A stretch of 64,000 nt of DNA from an uncultured Verrucomicrobiales bacterium (GTDB lineage: Bacteria > Verrucomicrobiota > Verrucomicrobiia > Verrucomicrobiales > Akkermansiaceae), in the NCBI GenBank assembly GCA_905478925.1, contig CAJQKQ010000020.1:3291-67290 (forward strand), written 5' to 3'. The position numbers were made by a program, and so were the translations under genes. Below are positions 35,197 to 43,594 of this stretch, one piece after another (the stretch's first letter is position 1; each line of letters opens with the position of its first letter). The notes below the pieces were generated by a model that was not told the origin of the DNA, did not search any database, and saw only the letters and a list, made by a program, of their open reading frames with translations.

Positions 35197-35428
35197 GTTT
35201 CGAAGGGGATTCAGCGACCCTCATGGCTTGGACATCGTAGTTGGGATCGACAGAGTCAGCCAATTCCTCTGGCGTCATACCCATCCCTGATTTTACCATT
35301 TCCCGGAAGCGCGCCTTCCTGTCCAACTCGCGCAAGGCGAAATCCACGGCTTCGGTCTTCGTCTCGCAGCCGTAGGTTTTCATTACTCCTTCCAATAATT
35401 TCTCGTCGATATGCATCGTCATCTTCAT
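35186..35428 (-). CDS. vapB: VapB-family (DUF2191-type) antitoxin
   Basis: MKMTMHIDEKLLEGVMKTYGCETKTEAVDFALRELDRKARF. Alternative ATGs lie at 35422 and 35416. The start lies inside the 51-bp palindrome. Confidence 0.7.
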   Translation of the reverse strand: MKMTMHIDEKLLEGVMKTYGCETKTEAVDFALRELDRKARFREMVKSGMGMTPEELADSVDPNYDVQAMRVAESPSKHGR

Positions 35429-35462
35429 GCCATACAGGGTATGGCATGAAGATGACGATGCA
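35412..35462. repeat. Perfect 24-bp inverted repeat with a 3-nt spacer (51-bp palindrome)
   Basis: TGCATCGTCATCTTCATGCCATAC agg GTATGGCATGAAGATGACGATGCA. It lies 8 nt downstream of the can stop and covers the vapB start codons. Confidence 0.95.
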
Positions 35463-35469
35463 AGAGGAA

Positions 35470-36084
35470 TCAACCCGCCTCGATGTCCGAAGGGGACGTG
35501 ATCGGTTTCCTTAGCGGGGTGAGTATCCCCTGATCTAGGCTGTAGATCCAGGAGTGGATTGCGAGTTCCTGGCCGCGTTCCCATGCATCCTCGACGATGG
35601 TGGTGCGGGCAACGTGGCGTGACTGGGAGAGGACGTTGAGTTCGCAAAGCCGGTCGAGCTTCGCCCCTTCGTGTAGCCCCGCGAGTTCATCCTTGTGGCT
35701 GCGTGTCAGGGAGCGGATAGGAGCCAACCAGTTGTCGATGATGCCGTGGCGGAAATTTTCCAGTGCAGCGCGCACACCGCCGCAGCCGTAGTGACCGCAG
35801 ACGATGACGTTGCTCACCTTGAGGACGTCCACGGCATACTGCAGCACCGCGAGGACGTTGAAATCGGTTTCTTGGACGACATTGGCGACATTCCGGTGGA
35901 CGAAGACCTCGCCCGGCGGCAGGCCGGTGATTTGGTTGGCGGGGACGCGAGAGTCGGAGCAGCCGATCCAGAAATATTTCGGGTTCTGCTGTTGTGCGAG
36001 CCGGATGAAGAAGTCCGGATCGGTTTTGCGCATTTTCTCCGCCCAACGGACGTTGTTGTCTATGAGTTCTTCGATGCTTTGCAT
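35470..36084 (-). CDS. can: Beta-class carbonic anhydrase
   Basis: CSDSRV, HYGCGG, and Zn-ligand spacing typical of the beta-CA family. Confidence 0.9.
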   Translation of the reverse strand: MQSIEELIDNNVRWAEKMRKTDPDFFIRLAQQQNPKYFWIGCSDSRVPANQITGLPPGEVFVHRNVANVVQETDFNVLAVLQYAVDVLKVSNVIVCGHYGCGGVRAALENFRHGIIDNWLAPIRSLTRSHKDELAGLHEGAKLDRLCELNVLSQSRHVARTTIVEDAWERGQELAIHSWIYSLDQGILTPLRKPITSPSDIEAG

Positions 36085-36130
36085 GGGTCGGAGTTACTCT
36101 CCCGAAAACCCGTCGGTGACGCCAGATAAA

Positions 36131-37648
36131 TCAGACCTTTACGGAGGATGGCTTTGCATCGGACTCCGCCTTGGCGGCCTTGCGGCATTCCGCGACGAAA
36201 TGGTTGCAGGCCTCACGGCAGAGCAGGGGGATGGCCTCCTTATCGGGGGGGGCACCGAGAATGCCGTTGAAGCGGGAGGCCTCGCTGTCGACGAGCGGAG
36301 TCTCCGGATCGAGCTTCCACAGGATTTTCTTGGCGCAGTTGTGGGCGGGGCCGCAGACCTTTTGTATCAATTTCTGCGCACCCTCATCGCTGATCGAGTC
36401 GGCGTAGCGGTACATACCCGTCTGGCGGCCGAGTTTTTTGCGAAGGGTTTCGATGGGGAGCGTGCCATCCTTGTATTTTATAAAAAGCGCCGTGCAGCCG
36501 GGGTAGAATTGGTCGAGCGCGCGGAGGAGATCCTGTTCGTCGTCGAGCGTCATGATCCAGCCATGGCGCAGGTTGGTTTTGCCCTTGGTGAAACGGTATT
36601 CGCCGTCCTCCGCGTAGGTGGAAATGTTGCGCGCGTCCCCGGGGCCGCGGTGATGCTCGAGTCCGCCGAAGGCTGGCTGAGTGGCGAGATCCTCCTCATC
36701 CATGTGATGGAGCGCGTAGGGGAATTCGCAAAGATCTCGCTGGATTCGGATCTGCCCGATCTGGGTCATGCCGGAACGGACGAGTTGCTTCAGGTGCTCC
36801 GAGAGGGGCGGCAGCGTCGCTGCTTCGGGCGGGGCAGGGGAATGCTTTTTGTCGAAATCGGAAACCTGATCCAGGATGACATCAGCGATCAGCGGCTCGG
36901 TGCCTATCGCGGAGGAATAGTAGAGGTTTTTCTCACGCAGCCGGTTTGGGTTGTTGCGGAAAACATCGGTTTGGCTTGCGGCTGGGCCGACTTCCTTTTC
37001 TAGCCCGAGCATCACAGGAATGTCTTGGAAGGAGTGCAGGCCGTCGGAGATAAAAAACGGAACCACAACGACATTACTGGTGTCCGCCATTTTGTCCCAA
37101 TCCGCAATGAATGGCTGCTCCTCCATGTAAGCGTCCGTTACCAAAGCGTATCCGGCGCCTGATGCAGCGATGAGATCCGCCTGATCTCTGATGGCTTTTG
37201 TGGAGTTCTGGTTCAGTCCGGTGCCGTGGCCGGTGATGATCAGGGTGGTGTCTGCTGGATCGGCGTCCGGAGCCACTTCCTGCGCGCGGCGCAAGATGAG
37301 ATCCGTCATCGAGCGGTGGACGCCGACCGGTAGGCAGTAATGCAGCGTTTTGCCGTGGCGGACGGTGGTGTCGCCCTCGAGCTGGAGTTCGCGTGGGATC
37401 ACGTCCTGGGTGAAGTAGCCCTCGCTGATGAAATCTGGCACGATATACACCTCTGGCGCATCGATCATGAAAAGCGCTTCGCGCATCGAGGGTTCCTCTT
37501 TCCAGAAGCAGACATGGACCTCGGCGAAGAGTCCACGCCTGCGTATTTCATCCGCGTGGTCGAAATACGGGGTCGAGGAATCCGGGTTTTCCGTGGAACC
37601 GTGACCGACGATGAGCAGGGCAGAATTTGGCTTGGCGGTGAAAGGCAT
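36131..37648 (-). CDS. Double CbiX/SirB-type chelatase domain fused to a Cys-rich DR2241-like C-terminal domain
   Basis: ATG at 37648. LLIVGHGS...YIVPDFISEG and LIITGHGT...VVVPFFISDG are two CbiX repeats. The C-terminus has CGPAHNC and CREACNHFVAEC. Confidence 0.65.
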   Translation of the reverse strand: MPFTAKPNSALLIVGHGSTENPDSSTPYFDHADEIRRRGLFAEVHVCFWKEEPSMREALFMIDAPEVYIVPDFISEGYFTQDVIPRELQLEGDTTVRHGKTLHYCLPVGVHRSMTDLILRRAQEVAPDADPADTTLIITGHGTGLNQNSTKAIRDQADLIAASGAGYALVTDAYMEEQPFIADWDKMADTSNVVVVPFFISDGLHSFQDIPVMLGLEKEVGPAASQTDVFRNNPNRLREKNLYYSSAIGTEPLIADVILDQVSDFDKKHSPAPPEAATLPPLSEHLKQLVRSGMTQIGQIRIQRDLCEFPYALHHMDEEDLATQPAFGGLEHHRGPGDARNISTYAEDGEYRFTKGKTNLRHGWIMTLDDEQDLLRALDQFYPGCTALFIKYKDGTLPIETLRKKLGRQTGMYRYADSISDEGAQKLIQKVCGPAHNCAKKILWKLDPETPLVDSEASRFNGILGAPPDKEAIPLLCREACNHFVAECRKAAKAESDAKPSSVKV

Positions 37649-37797
37649 GACGGAAAGTGGCGGGTGTTTCCGGGATTGCAAGCTGCAGTTGAATCGAACG
37701 GAAAGGCTCTTACGGCGGGGGTAATCCATCACGATGGTTTCAATCTTTGAAATGAAATTCGAATAGATTCCTCGAACCCCTAGTCAAAGAAAGCACC

Positions 37798-38034
37798 ATG
37801 AAAAAGATCACCATCTGGATGCTTGCGGGTGCAATTGGGCTGACTTCGCTGAGCTGCACGACAACTTATGATGCCTACGGAACCCCGCGACAGAGCGTCG
37901 ATCCCGGCACGGCGGCGGCCGCTGCTGTGGCAGCTGGGATCATCGGCTACGCAATCGCGAACAATCGGAATAACAACCAGCACCGAAACAACCACGGCGA
38001 CTACGGGCGTCGCGGGGGGTACCGCTGCTATTGA
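37798..38034 (+). CDS. Small lipoprotein (Gly/Ala zipper, Asn-rich tail)
   Basis: MKKITIWMLAGAIGLTSLSC lipobox, AAAAAVAAGIIGYAIA, 78 aa, followed by a terminator. Confidence 0.6.
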   Translation: MKKITIWMLAGAIGLTSLSCTTTYDAYGTPRQSVDPGTAAAAAVAAGIIGYAIANNRNNNQHRNNHGDYGRRGGYRCY

Positions 38035-38091
38035 GCCTGGCGGAGAGGGGGCTGGAATTATCCCAGATACCCTGTATCTTTGGGCTTGCAA

Positions 38092-38131
38092 ACGGGGGGC
38101 TGATCACTAGGTTCGCCCTCCGTTTTTCTTT
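38092..38131 (+). terminator. Intrinsic terminator after the small lipoprotein gene
   Basis: ACGGGGGG...CCCTCCGT stem (one G-T pair) followed by TTTTTCTTTT. Confidence 0.55.
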
Positions 38132-38204
38132 TGTCTGGCGAGCGGTTGGAGCCCCGGTGCCCGTCAGACGCCATTTTTCCGGGGCAATTGTCGGAAGAGA
38201 AGCG

Positions 38205-38237
38205 TAAACAAACTAACCAAACAACTAACCAAACCAT
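38205..38237 (+). promoter_or_regulatory. G-free A/C-rich leader of rpsA with a 12-nt tandem repeat
   Basis: TAAACAAACTAACCAAACAACTAACCAAACCAT contains no G. AACTAACCAAAC is present twice in tandem (38211-38222, 38223-38234). No Shine-Dalgarno sequence is possible. Confidence 0.6.
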
Positions 38238-39956
38238 ATGAGTACTGCCATCGCAGAACCCACAAACCAAGAGCTGAGTGACCTGATCGACTCGAAATTC
38301 ACGGAATTCCGTGAAGGATCCATCGTCAAGGGAACCATCCTCGAAATCCGCCCGCAGATCGTCCTCGTGGACATCGGCTACAAGTCAGAAGGAGCTATCG
38401 CCTCGAATGAATTCGAGGACGAGGAAATCGAAGTCGGCGACGAAATCGAGGTTCTCCTCGAGCGCCTTGAAAACGACGAAGGCATGGTCGTTCTCTCCAA
38501 GGAGAAAGCAGCCTACAAACAGAACTGGGACAAGATCGTCAAAGTCTACCAAGACGGCGGACTCGTTCGCGGCAAGGTCAAATCCGTTGTCAAAGGCGGT
38601 CTCACCGTCAATGTCGGTGTCGAAGCCTTCCTTCCCGGTTCGCAAGTGGACATCATTCCACCGAAAGATCTCACCGAATACGTCGGAAACGTTTACGAGT
38701 TCAAAATCGTCAAGGTCAACGACGAGCGCAAGAACATCGTCCTCTCCCGCCGCGAAGTCATCGAAGCCGAGCGCTCCGAGCAACGCCAGGCGTTCCTTCA
38801 GACCGTCAAGGTCGGCGACAAGGTCGTCGGCGCGATCAAGAACCTCACCGACTTCGGTGCGTTCGTCGATCTCGAGGGCATGGACGGACTCCTCCATATC
38901 ACCGATATGTCATGGGGCCGTATCAACCATCCTTCCGAACTGCTCCACATCGGGCAGTCCGTGGATGTTGTTATCCTCGACGTGGATCGCGAGAAAGAGC
39001 GTGTATCGCTCGGCCTCAAGCAAATGTCCGACAACCCATGGGAAGACATCGAGCGCAAGTACCCGATCGGCCAAGAGGTCAAAGGTCAGGTCACCAAGCT
39101 CCTTCCTTACGGTGCGTTCATCGAAATCGAGCGCGGCGTCGAAGGCCTCGTGCACGTTTCCGAGCTCAGCTGGGTTAAGCGCATCACGCGTCCTTCCGAC
39201 GTTCTCGAACTCGGCCAGGAAATCACTGCAGTGGTTCTCGGCATCAGCATCGAGGAGCAGAAGATCTCCCTCGGCGTCCGCCAACTCGAAGGCAACCCAT
39301 GGGACGAGATCGAGCTCCGCTACCCTGTCGGCGCGACCATCAATGGCCCTGTCCGCAACCTTACCGCCTATGGCGCGTTCGTGGAGCTGGAAGAAGGCAT
39401 AGATGGTATGATCCACGTCTCGGACATGTCCTGGACTCGCAAGATCAACCATCCGTCCGAAGTTCTCAAAAAGAACGACGAGATCGAGGCTATCGTGCTT
39501 GCAATCGACAAGGGCAACCAGCGTGTCTCCCTCGGTATCAAACAAACCGAGAACGACCCATGGTCCGCTATCGACGACCGCTTCAAGGTCGGCGATCTGG
39601 TCAAAGGCACGGTTGCGAAAATCGCATCCTTCGGTGCGTTTGTCTCCCTCGACGGTGACATCGACGGCCTCATCCACATCTCGCAACTCAGCGAGGATCA
39701 CGTGGAAAAGGTCAAGGACGTCATCAAGGTCGCAGATCCGATCGAAGCCCGCGTCATCAAGGTCGACAAGGTCGAGCGCCGCATCGGTCTCTCCATCAAG
39801 GCAGTCGGTTACTCCGAGGAGCAGCTGAAGAAGGAAAGCGCCAGCTTCGAGTCCCTCCGCCCATCCTCCGAGATGGTCGGCCTCGAGCAAGCCTTCAACC
39901 TTGCTGCTGCGGCTTCCGAAGAGTGGATCCCAGGCGACGAAGGCGACGCCAAGTAA
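38238..39956 (+). CDS. rpsA: 30S ribosomal protein S1 (six S1 domains)
   Basis: 572 aa with repeated S1 motifs (GTILEI..., GKVKSVVKGGLTVNVG, GAIKNLTDFGAFVDL, GQVTKLLPYGAFIEI, GPVRNLTAYGAFVEL, GTVAKIASFGAFVSL). Confidence 0.95.
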   Translation: MSTAIAEPTNQELSDLIDSKFTEFREGSIVKGTILEIRPQIVLVDIGYKSEGAIASNEFEDEEIEVGDEIEVLLERLENDEGMVVLSKEKAAYKQNWDKIVKVYQDGGLVRGKVKSVVKGGLTVNVGVEAFLPGSQVDIIPPKDLTEYVGNVYEFKIVKVNDERKNIVLSRREVIEAERSEQRQAFLQTVKVGDKVVGAIKNLTDFGAFVDLEGMDGLLHITDMSWGRINHPSELLHIGQSVDVVILDVDREKERVSLGLKQMSDNPWEDIERKYPIGQEVKGQVTKLLPYGAFIEIERGVEGLVHVSELSWVKRITRPSDVLELGQEITAVVLGISIEEQKISLGVRQLEGNPWDEIELRYPVGATINGPVRNLTAYGAFVELEEGIDGMIHVSDMSWTRKINHPSEVLKKNDEIEAIVLAIDKGNQRVSLGIKQTENDPWSAIDDRFKVGDLVKGTVAKIASFGAFVSLDGDIDGLIHISQLSEDHVEKVKDVIKVADPIEARVIKVDKVERRIGLSIKAVGYSEEQLKKESASFESLRPSSEMVGLEQAFNLAAAASEEWIPGDEGDAK

Positions 39957-39997
39957 ATCAAATCCGCGCCGGTTTATTCCGGTGCGAGACTTTCACT

Positions 39998-40031
39998 AAA
40001 CCCGGACAGGTTCTCCTGTCCGGGTTTTTTC
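39998..40031 (+). terminator. Intrinsic terminator of rpsA
   Basis: AAACCCGGACAGG-TTCT-CCTGTCCGGGTTT followed by a T-run. Confidence 0.85.
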
Positions 40032-40089
40032 TTGCCCGCTCGTCTGAGAATATCCTTTCCCTATGTTTCACTTTGGAAAGACTGATAGG

Positions 40090-40971
40090 ATGAAATTTTC
40101 CGCTTTCTTCGGATTATGTTTGACCGGGTTTGCTACGATTCTTTCCGCCGACATCTACCATTCAGTAAAAGTCTCCGAGTTGAATTTCGGTGAAGAATCT
40201 GAATCTGCTCAGAAAGCGATGAAGGTGCTGCGGGCTTCCGGACGTTTTCAGGTTCCTTTGAATGTCCGCTGCGCTGCGGAGTTGTATGCTGGAATACAAG
40301 CGGATGAGGGGGGAGAACGCGGTCGGGTCACTCAGGGTGACTTTGAGATCGTATTCCAACTTGCGGACGAGCAAGCGATTTCCGGATTCGTCGATCTACT
40401 GGAAATAAATGACTACACAGTTCACCGGAATCCGAAGGCCTTCGCATTTACCTTCGTCCCTGGAGAAAAGACGAGATCTACCAAAGAACGCTTTGAGCTG
40501 GTTCGTTCATCGTTTGCTAGAAAATTGGCTCTTTCGCATGCTCCTGGGACGGCATGGTTTCGCTATCTCACCGGGCCAGAGGAAACCCGTCCTGGTAGGC
40601 AGTGGCGCCCCAGTTCCGATCTTTCCGACAGTTTTGCGCTTTTCAGCGGGGGGCGGGCGATATCTGAGAATCTAGCACTCGATAGGGAATTGATTTTCGC
40701 AGAGGACAAGGAAGGGAAAACCGTTCCGCTCTCGGAAATAAAAGGGGTGACGGTCAAGGCGATCGACTGGTCATCGCGCCTGCCGGAGGGCGAGGTGATG
40801 GTTGATTCACTTTCACTGGCACTTCCCGAAAATCAGCACGCCGTTTTTGTGAAAAGTATGCCAGATCTATTGGCTTTGATCGACCGAGCGGAAAGGGAAC
40901 TTATCCCCGCCTCGCAGGCATATTCGGTGCGTAATCCTTTCCGGAAAATGGCCAAGCGCTATCAGAAGTAG
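40090..40971 (+). CDS. Secreted hypothetical protein, N-terminal part of a gene split by an in-frame TAG
   Basis: ATG at 40090, signal peptide MKFSAFFGLCLTGFATILSA. It ends at the TAG at 40969-40971, which is followed immediately by the same-frame ATG of the next ORF. Confidence 0.6.
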   Translation: MKFSAFFGLCLTGFATILSADIYHSVKVSELNFGEESESAQKAMKVLRASGRFQVPLNVRCAAELYAGIQADEGGERGRVTQGDFEIVFQLADEQAISGFVDLLEINDYTVHRNPKAFAFTFVPGEKTRSTKERFELVRSSFARKLALSHAPGTAWFRYLTGPEETRPGRQWRPSSDLSDSFALFSGGRAISENLALDRELIFAEDKEGKTVPLSEIKGVTVKAIDWSSRLPEGEVMVDSLSLALPENQHAVFVKSMPDLLALIDRAERELIPASQAYSVRNPFRKMAKRYQK

Positions 40972-43404
40972 ATGGGCCTGGATGTGGCGCCGATCGCCGC
41001 ACGATTGCTACCCACCAAAAGCGTGGCGGTGACCGGCGGTGACCCATTCATGCCCATGGGGAGCGACATGGCGGTCGTTATGGAAACCGATTCCCCGAAA
41101 TTCCTCTTCAAAGCGCTGCTCAAGGTTATCGAATCCAAGGCCTCCAAGGTCGGTGCTTCAGAAACGAAACTTCTAGGTGAGGGTTTTCAATACAAGGGCT
41201 TCGAAACCGAGGATCGTTCGTTTTCCAGTCATGTCTGGCAGATGGGAGATGTGGTGGCGGTATCCAATTCGGTTGTCCAGATTGAGCGTCTCAAAGCTGT
41301 GGCCGAGAAAAAGCAGGGTGCACTTGGAGCGACCGATGAGTTTCGTTTCTTCCGCAACCGTTATCCAGTCGGTGCTGAAGAGAGTGCTTTCGTCTTCCTC
41401 TCGGATGCTGCCATACGCCGTTGGGCGGGACCGGAACTCCGTATCGCGGCCTCTCGTCGAACCCGTGCATTCGCAGCCCTGGGCCAATTGACCTCGCAGG
41501 CCCTCGCAGGGAAAAAAGTAACGGATGAATACGCATCCTTCCTTGGCGAAACCGTATGGAGAGACGGGCAGATGATCTGCGCCAATTTCGGCACGATGAA
41601 TTTTATGAAGCCGGCTTCGGAGCTCGGAATCGATTCTGCGACTGTGCCGGAGAAGGACGCTTATGAGCGGTGGCGTCGCGGTTACGAAAGCGGATGGTCA
41701 CAAGCATTCGATCCAATCGCGATCCGCGTGGTTAGCAAAAAGGAAAAGCTCGCTTTCGATCTGAGCGTCATGCCTCTCACCATGGATAGTGATTTCGCGG
41801 ATTTCATCCAACTCTGCGGGAATGCGGAACTCAGTGACATAGCGCGTTGGGTATCGGAGGAGTGCCTTTTCCATGTCGCCTTGGCCATGGATACGAAGGG
41901 AGCGAAATTTCGCGAATACAATGAGATGCTGATCGAGTTTCTTCCCGGGTTGAAGATCAATCCGCTAGCTTGGATGACTGGCTCCGTCTCCTTGGATCTG
42001 GAGAAAAGCCTGTTCTGGGACGCGACTTCATCGCAAGACTTCGAACGTTTTCTGAATGCGCCTCTCTTGGTGAGGATTGGTTCCAACAGTAGGCTGAAGC
42101 TCGCCCTGTTTATGACCGCGATCAAAGGTATGATGGATACGTCTGCTCCCGATTCAGTGAAGTGGCAAACGAAGAAGAGTGACGCTGGTTCCTACGTTGT
42201 GGTGACTGGTAATGAGGGCGAGATCGGTGTCAACGCCCAACTGTATTATGCAACCCTCCCTAACGCCCTGCTCGTTTCTCTCCGCGAGGACCTGCTTCTC
42301 CGTGCGATGCGGCGCGAAAAACACAAGCTCACGACCGAACAATCAAAAATCCTCGCTGCTCCAACACAGATGATGCTCGATTCAAGTCCCGCGTTTCTCG
42401 CTGGACTGGAGGCAATAGTCGAACGCATGGACCCCATCGATCGGCTCAGAGAGGAAAGTTGGAAGGCTCTTCCTATTTTGAACGAGTGGCATCGGGAATT
42501 TCCAGGGAAAGATCCGGTGACCTTCCAGGTCCTCCACTATGGTGAGGATGTTTTCTGCCCTGGAGGGAAAGGCTACCGCTGGAATCCCGAAGCACATACC
42601 ATGGAATCCGTCGCTTTCGGATTCCCCGCCGCTCCGCGGACCGAGCCTGCCGAAATGTCCGGTATCATGGACTTCGAGAACGTTTCCACCAGCCTTCGAT
42701 TCCAAGACGACGGCCTGCGTGCGAGCCTTGCTCTTGGGGTGGCACCGGAGCGCATGCCGACACCCACCGGAAAGAAGGTTGAGGCGGTAGTTCTCGCCAC
42801 TGCGGCTGATCTGATTCCCGCCAAAGAAGGAATGGTCCTGACGTATAAAGGACGCTCCTATGGTTCTTCCGTGACGATGAAGACATGGTTCGAGAACGTT
42901 GTAAAAGAAGGCGACAAGACCACTTTCGAAGAGAAAACCGAGTGGATCGAAGACGGAGAAGAACCCTACACCTATACGAGTCAATACGTTCTCGACGGCG
43001 CGCTGCTTCTGAAGTCCGGTTCTGGCGATGATGACGCGACCTCGTATAACGAGCCAGAGCCGGAACTTCCAGCTAAGCTCGTTGCAGGAGTAAACACATC
43101 AGGACGCTCATCCGGGAGCTCGAGATGGAAGGACGAAGATGGCGAAACGACTGAACAGAAGTTCCGGAGAGAATTTGAAATCCGTGTGATTGGGAAAGAA
43201 GATCTCGAGGTGCCTGCTGGTAAGTTCGAAGGGTGCGTCAAGATCGAAGTCTCTTCGGAGTCTCTGGATGACGGAAGCTTAAGCCATACCAAACATCTGA
43301 AATGGTATCATCCCGGGACGGGACTCGTGAAATCCGAGGCTGTGGAGGGAGGAGAGGATTTCATCGAGCTAGAGAAGGTCACTATGCCAGGAGCAGTTGA
43401 GTGA
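40972..43404 (+). CDS. Large hypothetical protein, C-terminal part of the split gene
   Basis: 810 aa in the same frame as 40090-40971. No signal peptide and no SD. No recognised domains. Confidence 0.6.
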   Translation: MGLDVAPIAARLLPTKSVAVTGGDPFMPMGSDMAVVMETDSPKFLFKALLKVIESKASKVGASETKLLGEGFQYKGFETEDRSFSSHVWQMGDVVAVSNSVVQIERLKAVAEKKQGALGATDEFRFFRNRYPVGAEESAFVFLSDAAIRRWAGPELRIAASRRTRAFAALGQLTSQALAGKKVTDEYASFLGETVWRDGQMICANFGTMNFMKPASELGIDSATVPEKDAYERWRRGYESGWSQAFDPIAIRVVSKKEKLAFDLSVMPLTMDSDFADFIQLCGNAELSDIARWVSEECLFHVALAMDTKGAKFREYNEMLIEFLPGLKINPLAWMTGSVSLDLEKSLFWDATSSQDFERFLNAPLLVRIGSNSRLKLALFMTAIKGMMDTSAPDSVKWQTKKSDAGSYVVVTGNEGEIGVNAQLYYATLPNALLVSLREDLLLRAMRREKHKLTTEQSKILAAPTQMMLDSSPAFLAGLEAIVERMDPIDRLREESWKALPILNEWHREFPGKDPVTFQVLHYGEDVFCPGGKGYRWNPEAHTMESVAFGFPAAPRTEPAEMSGIMDFENVSTSLRFQDDGLRASLALGVAPERMPTPTGKKVEAVVLATAADLIPAKEGMVLTYKGRSYGSSVTMKTWFENVVKEGDKTTFEEKTEWIEDGEEPYTYTSQYVLDGALLLKSGSGDDDATSYNEPEPELPAKLVAGVNTSGRSSGSSRWKDEDGETTEQKFRREFEIRVIGKEDLEVPAGKFEGCVKIEVSSESLDDGSLSHTKHLKWYHPGTGLVKSEAVEGGEDFIELEKVTMPGAVE

Positions 43405-43594
43405 GATCCTCACGGATTTCGATCTTTCCAAAGTCGAAGGAAGAGGCGGTATAGCGAAGGACGAGATCATCGAAATCAAAGGCAGCGTCTATGATACGGA
43501 AGGTAATCCGGCCGAAGATGCCTCGGTCGATATCTGGCAGGCTAATGCAGCGAGTCGGATGCGTGAAATTCCGGCAATTATTTCCAGCGATTGA
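43397..43594 (+). pseudogene. Remnant of an intradiol (protocatechuate 3,4-dioxygenase-like) dioxygenase
   Basis: The 65-aa ORF contains IEIKGSVYDTEGNPAEDASVDIWQANAASRM, matching the ...G.V.D..G.PV..A.VEIWQANAAGRY... core of PcaH-type enzymes. It stops about 20 aa later. Confidence 0.5.

Noticed and set aside
38311-39890. 363-aa (+) and 326-aa (-) alternative-frame ORFs inside rpsA
   Set aside because: They are off-frame and antisense products of the highly repetitive S1-domain gene. Low-complexity S/R/K or D/E/L/V composition.
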